Shown here: piece by piece, positions 1-12,453 of the stretch | How positions within the stretch are numbered: position 1 is the first letter of the stretch | Layout of the letters: each line of letters begins with the position of its first letter | Source of the DNA: the human T2T-CHM13v2.0 reference genome, Homo sapiens | DNA length: 64,000 nucleotides | Assembly (NCBI RefSeq): GCF_009914755.1 | Contig: NC_060926.1 | Direction: 5' to 3' (one strand) | Translations under genes and position numbers: made by a program | Notes under the pieces: model-generated | Database searches by the model: none | The model's input: only the letters and a program-made list of their open reading frames with translations | What the model was told of the DNA's origin: nothing

Positions 1-829
1 TACTGGTCTCCCCTCTCTGCTTAGAAAGACAGCTCATGCCTTGTATAGCTAATGTTTCTTTGGTGGTGAGAGGGACTTCTGTATATTGCTCAGTTTATCC
101 ATATTGTGATGATTTGTACTAGTTGCAATTCTCAGAGTATGTCCTGATCTCCACAAACGGGAAGTTGAGAGGACAACAAAAGAGAGATGTTTTAAAAGCA
201 CTATTTTAATGACATAATTCTGTAAATATTACAGTGTTTAGACACAAATATAACAGGATTCTTTCTACAGAACTTTTTAAACCATTAATTTAGGATTAGG
301 AAACTCCCCTCACTCCCCCTAGGGCCACTGCTTGATTTGGTTAAAGAAACTTAATTCAGGTTAGGGTAAAATTTAAGCAAACTCCATTGCTCAGCAAAAT
401 GCTGCCTGAAAACAGCTAAAGACAGGTCAGAATGTCCCTAACCAAACCTCAGGCATTATTAACCAAGACCTGCCTTAATTCTGGTTTATCTCATGATGAC
501 CAAGGAGAAAAAAGTCTTCCCCTGCTAGAAGTATTCTATGTCTATCACAAAGCAAGGATTGTGTGTTCAATGGTCATAAGAGAATGGATAATATACATAA
601 GAGTTTAGAAGAGAGAGTAAACTGAAGTTAAGGTCATTTCAAAGGGCTTCATGGATGAAAGGATCTCAAATTCTAATTGAAGGAGAAGGAAGACTTAGTT
701 GAGGAGGTGAGAGAATTTCAGAATGATATGAAGGGAGGCTTGGAAGCAGCAATTTGGGTGTCATATTTCCACAGACTAGTGACTGATCAGGGTCTTTTTT
801 TTTCCTTCCAAAGAGTGAGAAGAAAAATA

Positions 830-903
830 TGAGGTTGGTGCAAAAGTAATTGAGGTTTTGCAAAGTAATGGCGAAAACCGCAATTACTTTTGCACCAACC
901 TAA
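830..903. mobile_element. MADE1 (Hsmar1-derived mariner MITE)
   Basis: GGTTGGTGCAAAAGTAATTG...CAATTACTTTTGCACCAACCTAA near-perfect inverted arms with TA at the left flank. Confidence 0.93.
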
Positions 904-1198
904 ATAGGTAGATAAATGTAGTTGGAACAGAAGGTTTATTTGAGGATGTAGCCCAAGATTAGGTTGAAAAATTAAGAAGGAGGCAATCTGTGATGGGCCT
1001 TAGGTTTTAGAAGAGCAGACGAGGCCAGGAATTGATATGTAGAAGTGGAATAGTATTTTTTCTCCTAGTTTTCTTCTGTTTCTAGATTGCTTTGGTCACT
1101 ATATAATGTCTTTCTCAGTTTGAAGGCAGACAGAAAGATTATTGGGAAAAAAATTAGGATCAAGTGTTAAACTCAGGCAGCATCATGTTCTAGTGCTA

Positions 1199-1831
<633 letters not shown>

Positions 1832-2508
1832 AAAGAAGCAATTCTAGCAACTCAACAACATGAAAGACACTGAAGTTGAAGCAAAGCAGGAGGTTCCTTT
1901 TAAAACTGGATCACAATTTATAGATAGCTGTATCCAAATAGAGAGAACATGATTGCCATCCAGCCCTCAAACAACCTTACAGGTGTCTGGGCACCTTTGA
2001 ACTGAAATTTAAGCAGGGAAGTTCCAATGACTGAATGGAACGTCAAAGAAGTGTTTGAAACTGAAATACCAAAGTAAAATAAAATTTGGAGGCCTTTTGG
2101 TGATCCGAAGGCAAGTATTTCATAGATTTCTCTGTTGAGGTGCATCTCATTTTGGTGTGCGTCCAAGTGTTTTCCAAGATGCAAACTCCTTGAGAGCAGG
2201 AACATATTTCCTTTATGCCTCATTGAATGCAGGCCAACCAGTGGCCTGATGAGGTTTGGAGGGTGTGAATGACAAGTGTAAATAAAATTGTGTTGACAGC
2301 TATTTAATTATCATGTAGTTTCATGTTTAATGTTCAAAAGTTCTGAATAAATGAGCATAACAAATCTCAGTGAAAGCTAAATTAATTGACACATTTTGGC
2401 TAGCTGCAGAGAGCCATTTTGCTGTCTTTAGGAGTCCCCACGGTGTGATACTCATCTTGATTATGTAAGGCAAGTGAGGAGGGGAAAGGAAAACTTTATT
2501 TTTTGTGA

Positions 2509-2899
<391 letters not shown>

Positions 2900-3437
2900 T
2901 GTAATTCCTTTTTAATACCTGCTTCACATGCGATGATTTGTTCAGGATCTATTTACACCAGGAGGCTGTCTGCTCCCAGTGGACAGGGTCTGTATTGCCA
3001 TGGCCAGGCACTGAGGGCCAGCACGAGGGCACTTGCTGGTCCAGGGGCAACTTTGGGTTGCAATCTAACAACATATTAATTCTAACTTCTCCATCTAAAA
3101 TGGAAATCTGTTCTGAATTTGCTGTAAAGTTTCTGTGGAAGCTAGCTGAGGACCCTATAGTTGTTCAACAAATGTTTGTTATATGAAAACAAAAGGGAAG
3201 GGAAGGGAAACGCTGGGGTAAACCTCAGTTCTACTTGTTGCTCATTCCTGGGGGTACGTCATCTTTTTCTGCAAAGCAGACCTGTTTCTACCTTGCTCAC
3301 ACAGCTTGGTAGACAGACACTAACATTTTCATCACATGAGCCCACATGAGCCTCTGCTTTAATTCTGCATTTGTAAAGCTTCATGTTTTTTTCTCATGGA
3401 AGTAGAGTCATAGGTGGAGGAGGTCACACGTTTCTAA

Positions 3438-3779
<342 letters not shown>

Positions 3780-4096
3780 TGATGAAATGGTTAAAAATAC
3801 AAAACAGGACTGTGTGAGTGAATAAGCTACCTATTTTTGGGCAGTCATGAGGTGAAGATTCCATTCTTGGCCTGCTGCTTGTGTAGGAGAACACGAGACT
3901 TCCTGTCCCTACCACTTTGTGTGAGGTATGGGGCAGCCAGCCACACTGTGCTAGCACCTAATAAGGTTGCAGATTTAATTCTAGCCCAAATCTGGACAAA
4001 CTGATGTTCAGGTTACAGCTAGCTGATGTTCAGAAAAGGCTGCCAGAATCCTAATGAGCAGCCTGAGGAAATGGAGCCGTAGATTCTGTTTAAAAT

Positions 4097-4400
4097 TCTC
4101 TCCTTTCATTTTTTCATTTTCTCCATCTACATCTCTGTCTGCTCCCTTTCTCATTCATTGCTTTCTGCTTCCTTCCCCCTTTCTCCATTCATTCCTCTTC
4201 CTTCTTTGCCTCTATCCGTCTTTCTGCTTTTCTTTCTGCCTTTCTGTCTTTCCCTTCTCACCCTCTCTCTCCTGCTTCCTCTCCTCTCACTTTCCTTTCC
4301 CTCAGTCTCTCTCTTGCTCTTGCTCTTTCTCTCTCTTCCTTTTATCTACAGCCTATTGGCTTCTCATTTCTTTTCCTTCTCCCCTCCCATTTTCTTTCTA
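4097..4400. repeat. CT-rich polypyrimidine low-complexity tract
   Basis: ~300 nt dominated by C/T on the + strand. Confidence 0.85.
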
Positions 4401-5195
4401 AGAATTTCTTGATGAAACTAAAAGAGGACTAAAAGGAGCTCCATGAAATGCTTGCCTGGAAGAAAACATGGCTGGATGCTCTTCTGATCATAGGCAGCCA
4501 CTAAATTTGATTTGTAGCTGATCTTAAATGTAGGAAAAGATTTTCAATTACAAAACTCATAAAGTGTAAAGATGAGGGAAACTGGCCATGCTTTGAGTTT
4601 GACTAATGGTCTCAAAGCGCTTTAAAATGTTTGGCATTTGCCAGCCTTTCTTTCTTCTCCTAATCCTCAAACTCATGAGTTTTTATGGGAAACATAATCC
4701 TCTTTTCTGATTCATTTACACTTAGCTCATCTGAGTATTGTTTTGTAAAAACCATCTGAAGTCCAAGAAGTTTTATGAGATCTTTAAAGGCTTGTTTTTT
4801 GAACCAGGAAGTTGTGTACTGCCAACATAAATGGACCTTGAACTCTAGGGGGGTTTGAGTCCAGCATCCATAGCATTAAACTGGGTCTAGAATTGGCAAA
4901 GGCCCATCCTCATGGCTGACAGAAACTGGGCTTTCACCTTCAGAATAATAGTGAGTTCAGTGTTTGGGATGAGTGACCATCTCAGATGATAGTACATGGG
5001 GTGCATAACAGGTTTTTCAAGGATTATCTTGCTAGTTACGTAAATAGCAAGAGACTTATGTGGAAACCTGTGATTTTGCTGGAGTCTCCCAACTACAGAG
5101 TCGGGCTGCTTGCTCATGTGTATATTTCCATATTAATTGTGTGCATACACACATACACTAATGTGTAGACGGATGGGTTAACATTCACACTAGAG

Positions 5196-5729
<534 letters not shown>

Positions 5730-5996
5730 TGATTGTGATATATCCAAATCTGTCATAAGGCAGGTTGTAATTGGGTTAAAGATTGGTGTGAAATGCCCAC
5801 CTCTCCATTGCTGTGGGTTGAGAGGAAAACTGCATTCTGCATTTTTTAATGGTTAAAAAACATTTTTCTGCAGAGCCAAAGGGCCTGGTTAAGGTCATTT
5901 CTCCCCCAAACACTAGGATCTCAGGCAGAGTCCCAGGCCTTCTGGAAACTGAGGCTCAGAGAGGTGAAATGTCTTGCTCAAGTTTCCACGGGAAGT

Positions 5997-6355
5997 TGAT
6001 ATGGTTTGGCTGCGTCCCTTCCCAAATCTCGTCTTGGATTGTAATCCATGTGTCGTGGGAGGGAGCCGGTGGGAGGTAATTAAATCACGGGGGCGGTTAC
6101 CCTCATGCTGTTCTCCTGATAGTGAGCTCTCAGGAGATCAGATGGTTTTTTAAGGGGCTTTCCCCTCTTTTGCTTCGGCACTTCTCCTTGCTGCCGCCAT
6201 GTGAAGAAGGACGTGTTTGCCTTCCCCTTCTGCCATGATTGTAAGTTTCCTGAGGCCTCCCCAGCCCTGCGGAACTGTGAGTCAATTAAACTTCTTTCCT
6301 TTAGAAATTAACCAGTCTCGGGTACGTATTAGCAGCATGAGAACATACTAATACA
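5997..6355 (+). mobile_element. THE1 (THE1C-like) MaLR solo LTR inserted into a MIR
   Basis: TGATATGGTTTGG...ACTAATACA termini; perfect 5-bp TSD GAAGT; MIR core (GGAAACTGAGGCTCAGAGAGG) on the left. Confidence 0.92.
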
Positions 6356-7067
6356 GAAGTAAAGCAGCAGGTAGAGCCCAGCCCCCTAGAGTCCCCATCC
6401 AGGCTGTGCCCTCCACAGGTAGCTGCCACTTATTGCCCAAAAGCAGCTTTAATGCTTGCCATCTGTCCATCTGGGGACTGGGAGTGACCACCACTGAAGA
6501 CAGGTAGAGGCTGGTCCTGTTGGGGATGCTGTCCTTTACTCTTTCCTGAGCTTTCCTCTGTCTGACATCTCTCCTCTCCTGTCCTGGCTCTGCAGAATGT
6601 TGTAGCTATGCTAATCACCCTCCTCCCCACCTCCAACCATTTCATCTGCTGTTACATTATCCCTACCTGAGAGGTAAGAGCTCTGTGAACTGATCTGAGT
6701 TGCAGGTAGGAAGTATTTTCCCTACATGTTGGTGAATTTTCCATAAGATGACAAAGAATTGTGGGCTGTACTATGATACAGGCATCATACAAATCAGGTC
6801 CTCCCTTGTGAGAGGTCTATCATGATCTCAAAGTGTTGCTTCATTAAGTTGTTATCATTTTTAAGCTTTCATTTACATCTTCTCTCCCTAACAAGACACG
6901 AAGTTTCTTAAAGACAAGGGCTTTATGCCTTGTGATCCTTTGTATTTCCACAGCCTCAGTGCCTCCTTCAGAGATGCGGTGGATATTAGCTTCTGTTGTA
7001 TCCTTCATACAGAACCTGGTGCTGAGAGACAGCTTCTTCTTTTTTTTTTTTTCTTTAAACTTTTCTT

Positions 7068-7178
7068 AAGACTAGTCAAGTACAGTATCAAGAAGACGGG
7101 AAAGAGTAGAACAAGGAATTGGATCCGTAACTGACTGTGAACAATCAATTGAGGTAACTCATTACCTTTGAACCAACC
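7068..7178 (-). pseudogene. Y1 RNA (RNY1) processed pseudogene
   Basis: Reverse complement GGTTGGTTCAAAGGTAATGAGTTACCTCAATTGATTGTTCACAGTCAGTTAC...ACTTGACTAGTCTT aligns end to end with hY1 (about 14 mismatches in 111 nt by hand against the recalled sequence); A-tail 7039-7067; degenerate TSD tgagagacagc / tgggaggcagc. Confidence 0.93.
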
Positions 7179-7830
7179 TGGGAGGCAGCCTTGTGACTCA
7201 CCTCAATCCTCAATCTTCTCAGCTAGTTCACTTTGGCCTGGCTCAGGGGCTGACCTAGAATGATCCTGTCCAGAAGGACCCTGGATGTTCTTAGAGACAC
7301 AGACTGCTAGGGCTGGCAGGGACTTTTCATCCAATTCCTCTGTGACAGAGGAGGAAGTGGAGGTGCAGAAGGAGAGGTGAGCTGCCTGTGGTCCTTCAGC
7401 TTACTAATGGCAGTGTTAGGACTGGACCTGAGGGCTCTTCCCTCCAGTCCGGCGCTATTTATTCCATGACAGTGCCTCTCAAACTGTGTTCTCACAAGCA
7501 GCTAGTGCTCAGGCAGCTGGACTGAGGCCCTGCCTGCCAAATCAAATATTGGAGGTCTTTCTCCAATGTGCAGAAAAAAAAATTAATTAATGGGTTAAGT
7601 TTCCTTAGGGTTAAATTATTTTTCCATTAATGCTTCTTAAACCATTGTCACCTGCTACCAATTGTCTACTAGCCAATGCATGCAGGCAACAAAACAAAAG
7701 GATAAGCCACAAGTAAATAAGAACAAGAACAACCAAAGCCTTGGAAACACACCATCATTCTTAAGTTAAAGGCTTAAAAAAAAAATAGAGGAAGACTGCT
7801 ATGACTGTGGACTTTCTATTGCATTCACAT

Positions 7831-7862
7831 AATAAAATCATGCGACATTGTTTTGAATTCAA
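7831..7862 (+). terminator. Candidate poly(A) signal of an upstream + strand transcript (possibly the lncRNA LINC00486)
   Basis: AATAAA at 7831-7836 followed by TTGTTTTG; my recollection that a + strand lncRNA ends just upstream of LTBP1 cannot be verified from this sequence. Confidence 0.3.
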
Positions 7863-8566
7863 ATGCTAAAAGTAAATATGTCATTATTTCATGGTTTTCC
7901 CCAAAGAGCACTATGACCCCCCAGACTCTATCCCTGGTACATTCTGCCATCTCTCTTAATGGGTCAGGTCATCTCCAAGTTGGGTGACCCGGTCGGATTA
8001 CGGTCCCGTGAACTGATTCGCCTTTATTAAAAACAATAATGGCTTAGGGTTTTCAGGGATCCTGAACTCTAGTCCTACCCTAAAGGCCCAGGGACAGGGC
8101 TGTCTCTGCGGTTGTCCCTGGGCGGTTCTCCCCGTCCCACGCGGGCGCCCTCTGCTGCCCGCCCTGCACTCCCATCCCTGCCAAGCGAGAAGTAGGGTAC
8201 CAGAGGCTGCACACCGAGAAGCAGCCACGGGGACTTTACAGCCCCACAGGGAGCCACCTAAACGGTTTCCGATGGAGACCTCAGCGCGCCCCGACAGCCC
8301 TTTCTGGGGCCCGATTTGGTATCTGAATTCAACCCCGCAGCAAGTATCACAGCAAACACGGATAAGAAAATGCCGGGGCTTCCAAACAATATCAAACGCA
8401 TGGGGCTTCTGAAAGGACAGGATCGTTCAGTAACTTTGCTGAGCGCTTTGTCCTCTCCCGGGACACGGGACCGGGGCGTGGGGACCTCCGCCTCGGCGAC
8501 CCACGGGGGCAACCCCAGTGGATGTGGAGGGTGGCGGCGCGCCTTCGGGCTCCTCGCACGCCTTCC

Positions 8567-8656
8567 CCAATTAGGATCTGCCGCCTGACGTCACGTCTGC
8601 CGGAGATTGGCTGCTCAGGTCTGACACTCGGGGCCACGGGAGAGAAACTTTTAAAA
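8567..8656 (+). promoter_or_regulatory. Proximal promoter cassette: CCAAT (8567-8571), full CRE TGACGTCA (8586-8593), reverse CCAAT GATTGGCT (8605-8612), TATA-like TTTTAAAA (8649-8656)
   Basis: Motifs read directly; TTTTAAAA is the only AT-rich spot in this part of the island and implies a TSS near 8680. Confidence 0.7.
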
Positions 8657-9051
8657 GACTTCGCCGCCGGGGCTGCCTCGGAGTGTCCCGCGCGCTCTCG
8701 CTCGCTCTCGGCCACCCTCGCCGGGCCCCGCTGCGGCGCGCGCTGCAACCCCCGGCCGGACGCGCGGACCCTCACCTTGCGCGGCCCGCTCCCCTGGCCC
8801 CTCCCCGCTCCCCGGGCTCCGCGCTCCCCACCCCCACGCCCTCCTCCTGCTCCCAGCCACAATCGGCCGGGGTCTGGGGCCGCTCAGCTGCCCGCAGAGC
8901 CTCCTCCCTCGCCACCGACTTGGTCTCCTCCCGCCTTTCCCGGGCTCTCGGCAGCTCTCGGGGGAGCCCGAACGCGCGGGGAAAGGCGAGCCGCACGGCC
9001 GGGGGAGGGGGCCGGACAGCGCGCGACCGGTCGCGCCCGCTGGGGCCCGCG

Positions 9052-9545
9052 ATGGCGGGGGCCTGGCTCAGGTGGGGGCTCCTGCTCTGGGCAGGGCTCC
9101 TCGCGTCCTCGGCGCACGGCCGGCTGCGGAGGATCACCTACGTGGTGCACCCGGGCCCCGGCCTGGCAGCCGGCGCCTTGCCCCTGAGCGGGCCCCCGCG
9201 TTCGCGGACATTCAACGTCGCGCTCAACGCCAGGTACAGCCGCAGCTCGGCGGCTGCCGGCGCCCCCAGCCGTGCCTCCCCCGGGGTCCCCTCGGAGAGG
9301 ACCCGGCGCACGAGCAAGCCGGGCGGCGCGGCCCTGCAGGGGCTCAGACCGCCGCCGCCGCCGCCGCCGGAGCCTGCGCGTCCCGCGGTCCCCGGCGGGC
9401 AGCTCCACCCCAATCCCGGCGGCCACCCGGCAGCCGCCCCGTTCACCAAACAAGGCAGGCAAGTTGTGCGCTCCAAGGTGCCGCAGGAGACCCAGAGCGG
9501 CGGAGGCTCTAGGCTGCAGGTTCACCAGAAGCAGCAGCTGCAGGG
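9052..9545 (+). CDS. LTBP1: LTBP1 (latent TGF-beta binding protein 1, long isoform) coding exon 1: signal peptide plus Pro/Arg-rich N-terminal region
   Basis: ATG in GCGATGG context at 9052; translation MAGAWLRWGLLLWAGLLASSAHGRLRRITYVVHPGPG...QKQQLQG matches the LTBP-1L N-terminus as I recall it; hydrophobic signal peptide; canonical donor GG|gtaag at 9546 (494 coding nt, phase 2). Confidence 0.97.
9349..9369 (+). repeat. (CCG)7 coding trinucleotide repeat (poly-Pro)
   Basis: Seven perfect CCG units encoding PPPPPPP in exon 1. Confidence 0.95.
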
Positions 9546-10601
9546 GTAAGCCCACACCCCCTTCCGCCCGCCCGCCCGCCTCGCGCGCACCGCCCGCGGA
9601 GGGACCTGCGGGGTCAGGGCCACTCGGAGCCCCGCGGTGGCCAGGGCGGTCGCGCGCGGTGGGTCGGCTTTCTCCTCCCGCCTCCGCCTGCTCTGGGCGC
9701 CGCGGGAAGAGGGGAGTGCGGGGAAGCCCAGGAACTTTTACTGACGTGAAACTCCGAGTGCATTGTTACCGAGCTGCGGGTAAACACAAAAGGCATTTCT
9801 GCCTGGGGCGTAACCTTCTGCGCGCAAACCCAACTGCTTCTAGAAGATGGGCGTAAACTTGAGGTCACTACAGTTTAATCCCTCAGCATCAATTAAACTC
9901 TGCAACTGAGTTTTAATTTTGGTCTAGCTAATGAAAAAAATGTTTCGAGGGCGGGCTAGCCGTAAAGATCCAGCTCCTGTTCTGTGGCCTGGAACTTTGC
10001 AGCATCAGAGAAATCATGGGCTTGGACTTCGCTGCACCTGTGGGGTCTGCTTTCCTGGGGTGGGGTGTCTTGGTATTGATAAAAGTTTTGGTTGGAATGT
10101 TTCTGTTACTGGGCGCTCATAGTGCCTTCCCGTTGTGGGAATTCATCTCAGGTTGGGGTGTAGGGGAAAACTTGTTTTGCTTAGTTGGCATGTTTTTTTC
10201 AGGGGTGATTCTAGGCCATGTGCCCTCACTCCTTTTTGGACAGTTCTCTCTGAAACTCATTTCCAATTTAAAATGTTGGCCCAGATAATAGAAAAAATAA
10301 ATTTGGCTCTACTGTAATTTGGGGGTAAGAAAACCATTTGTTGGGCCCTGTTCTCCCTTCCTATATAGCCCTAGGTTTATGCAGGCTTTTTGGTTCTCCC
10401 AGCATTCCCTGATATATGTATGGGCCTTGCCCCTCTGCTTGGGCAGCTTTGGGTTGGGCATCCAGGGTACCTGTTAGGACTCTCTCTCATCCAGAGGGTT
10501 GCAGAAGCTGGAGGCTGGCCTTTCTGGAACATGCTGGAAGCTTGGGTTCTTGGGAAGGGGGTCTTTCTGCTGCTGGACTCAGCGATCTTGCTTTGTTTCA
10601 G

Positions 10602-10672
10602 GGTCAATGTCTGTGGAGGGCGGTGCTGTCATGGCTGGAGTAAGGCCCCTGGCTCCCAGAGGTGCACCAAAC
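10602..10672 (+). CDS. LTBP1: LTBP1 coding exon 2 (71 nt): (G)VNVCGGRCCHGWSKAPGSQRCTK, fibrillin-type N-terminal 4-Cys module
   Basis: Acceptor cttgctttgtttcag|G and donor AAC|gtaagt; phase continues exon 1 (GG+G = Gly); NVCG..CC.GW...G...C pattern is shared with the fibrillin/LTBP N-terminal domain. Confidence 0.96.
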
Positions 10673-11907
10673 GTAAGTTGCCATGTTCACAGTGGCCCTG
10701 CACAGTAGGCAAAGTGGGGGGAGGTGTCCACATGGGGGCATCTCACAAGGGCCACTTGAAAGGGCTCGGGGGAAGTTGAAGTCTGAAATACAATCCACCC
10801 AGGCTTCATTACCACCTAGGAAGGGCTGGGTCAGGGTAATGTTAGTATCAATGCCAGCAGCAATACATTGTACAGAACCGTGCTGTGCATCCAAGACTTC
10901 TCTGAACTCAACAGAGATATTCATCATTCTGGCACATCTGTGAATCAGGAGCTAGGAAAAAAATTTCCATTTGAGGATATGCCATATGGCAGAACCAATG
11001 TAATTAATTTGAACATGATACCAACAAATGAAAGACATTCTTTACGGTGATGGCAGGAGGGGCTTGGGGAGTAGAGGGCCCTGTTCTGGAGTACAACATC
11101 AAAGTTTTTATAGCTTCCTGAAAACAGCAACCAGAATCCTTCATCCTTGAGGCCTGATGGTTTTCTAGAATGCACTTCTCTGCTGCTCTTCAGAACTGAT
11201 GGATGGGGTTCTCTGCAGTGCTTCTGCAGTTCACATGCATGCCCAGCAGTGTTTTTTAAAAAATGTGTTAATGATGCATACAGATTTCAGAACACTGGAA
11301 AATTTTTCTCCTATGCATTGTGAAATTAAAGATCAGATTAAAATGTATTTTGAGGTTCTTCTTGACGAATTGATGCTATCGGGTGCTCATTGGACATAAA
11401 GGAGTCTTACCTTCCCCCTCAGAAAAAGTGAAGCATTCTTAGTTGTTCTTTGCATAGAGATTGAGACATTCCCATGTGGATTGGAATTGTCCAAAATTTC
11501 TGCTGCTTGGATTTTAAAATACAGGTGGATGAATTTTAAAAATTTTGGATACAGTCAATCTGGTGACCTTGTTTGTTGAAAATGTCTTCAATCCTGAAGG
11601 AAACAGAAGGGTTTTGGCATAATGGCCTTACTTTTGTAAAAAGGGAAATGTCCACAGGTTTTATGATGTGTTATGATCAAGCAGTAATTGCAGACATGAA
11701 CAGTCTTCTGACTATTGAACTCAAACCACTAGATCAGAAATGCTCAGGGTTCTAGGCATTTTAGATTAAGTCATAATTTTTCATTTTGTAACTTCTTAAA
11801 TTATACTTGTCAGAAATGTGTTAGCATTTGTTTAGAATTTAGCATTGCTCAGGCCAAATGACATGTCCCCTCTCCCCTCAGTAACTCATTCTGTCCAAAA
11901 CCTGCTA

Positions 11908-12453
<546 letters not shown>

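Larger units (their letters stand above)
8100..9780. promoter_or_regulatory. CpG island covering the LTBP1 promoter, exon 1 and start of intron 1
   Basis: Abrupt switch to very GC- and CpG-rich sequence against a CpG-depleted background; edges approximate. Confidence 0.92.

Noticed and set aside
8567-8585. ERSE-like CCAAT-N9-CCGCC
   Set aside because: Spacing fits but the second half is CCGCC, not the required CCACG
8392-9856. Many long overlapping ORFs on both strands (e.g. 8522-9187, 8884-9555, 9272-9856)
   Set aside because: Expected from stop-codon scarcity in a CpG island; low-complexity R/P/G/A products; only the LTBP1 frame has a signal peptide and matching splice phase
10390-10779. 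129-aa ORF spanning exon 2
   Set aside because: Only 10602-10672 is bounded by splice sites and family-like; the rest is intronic read-through
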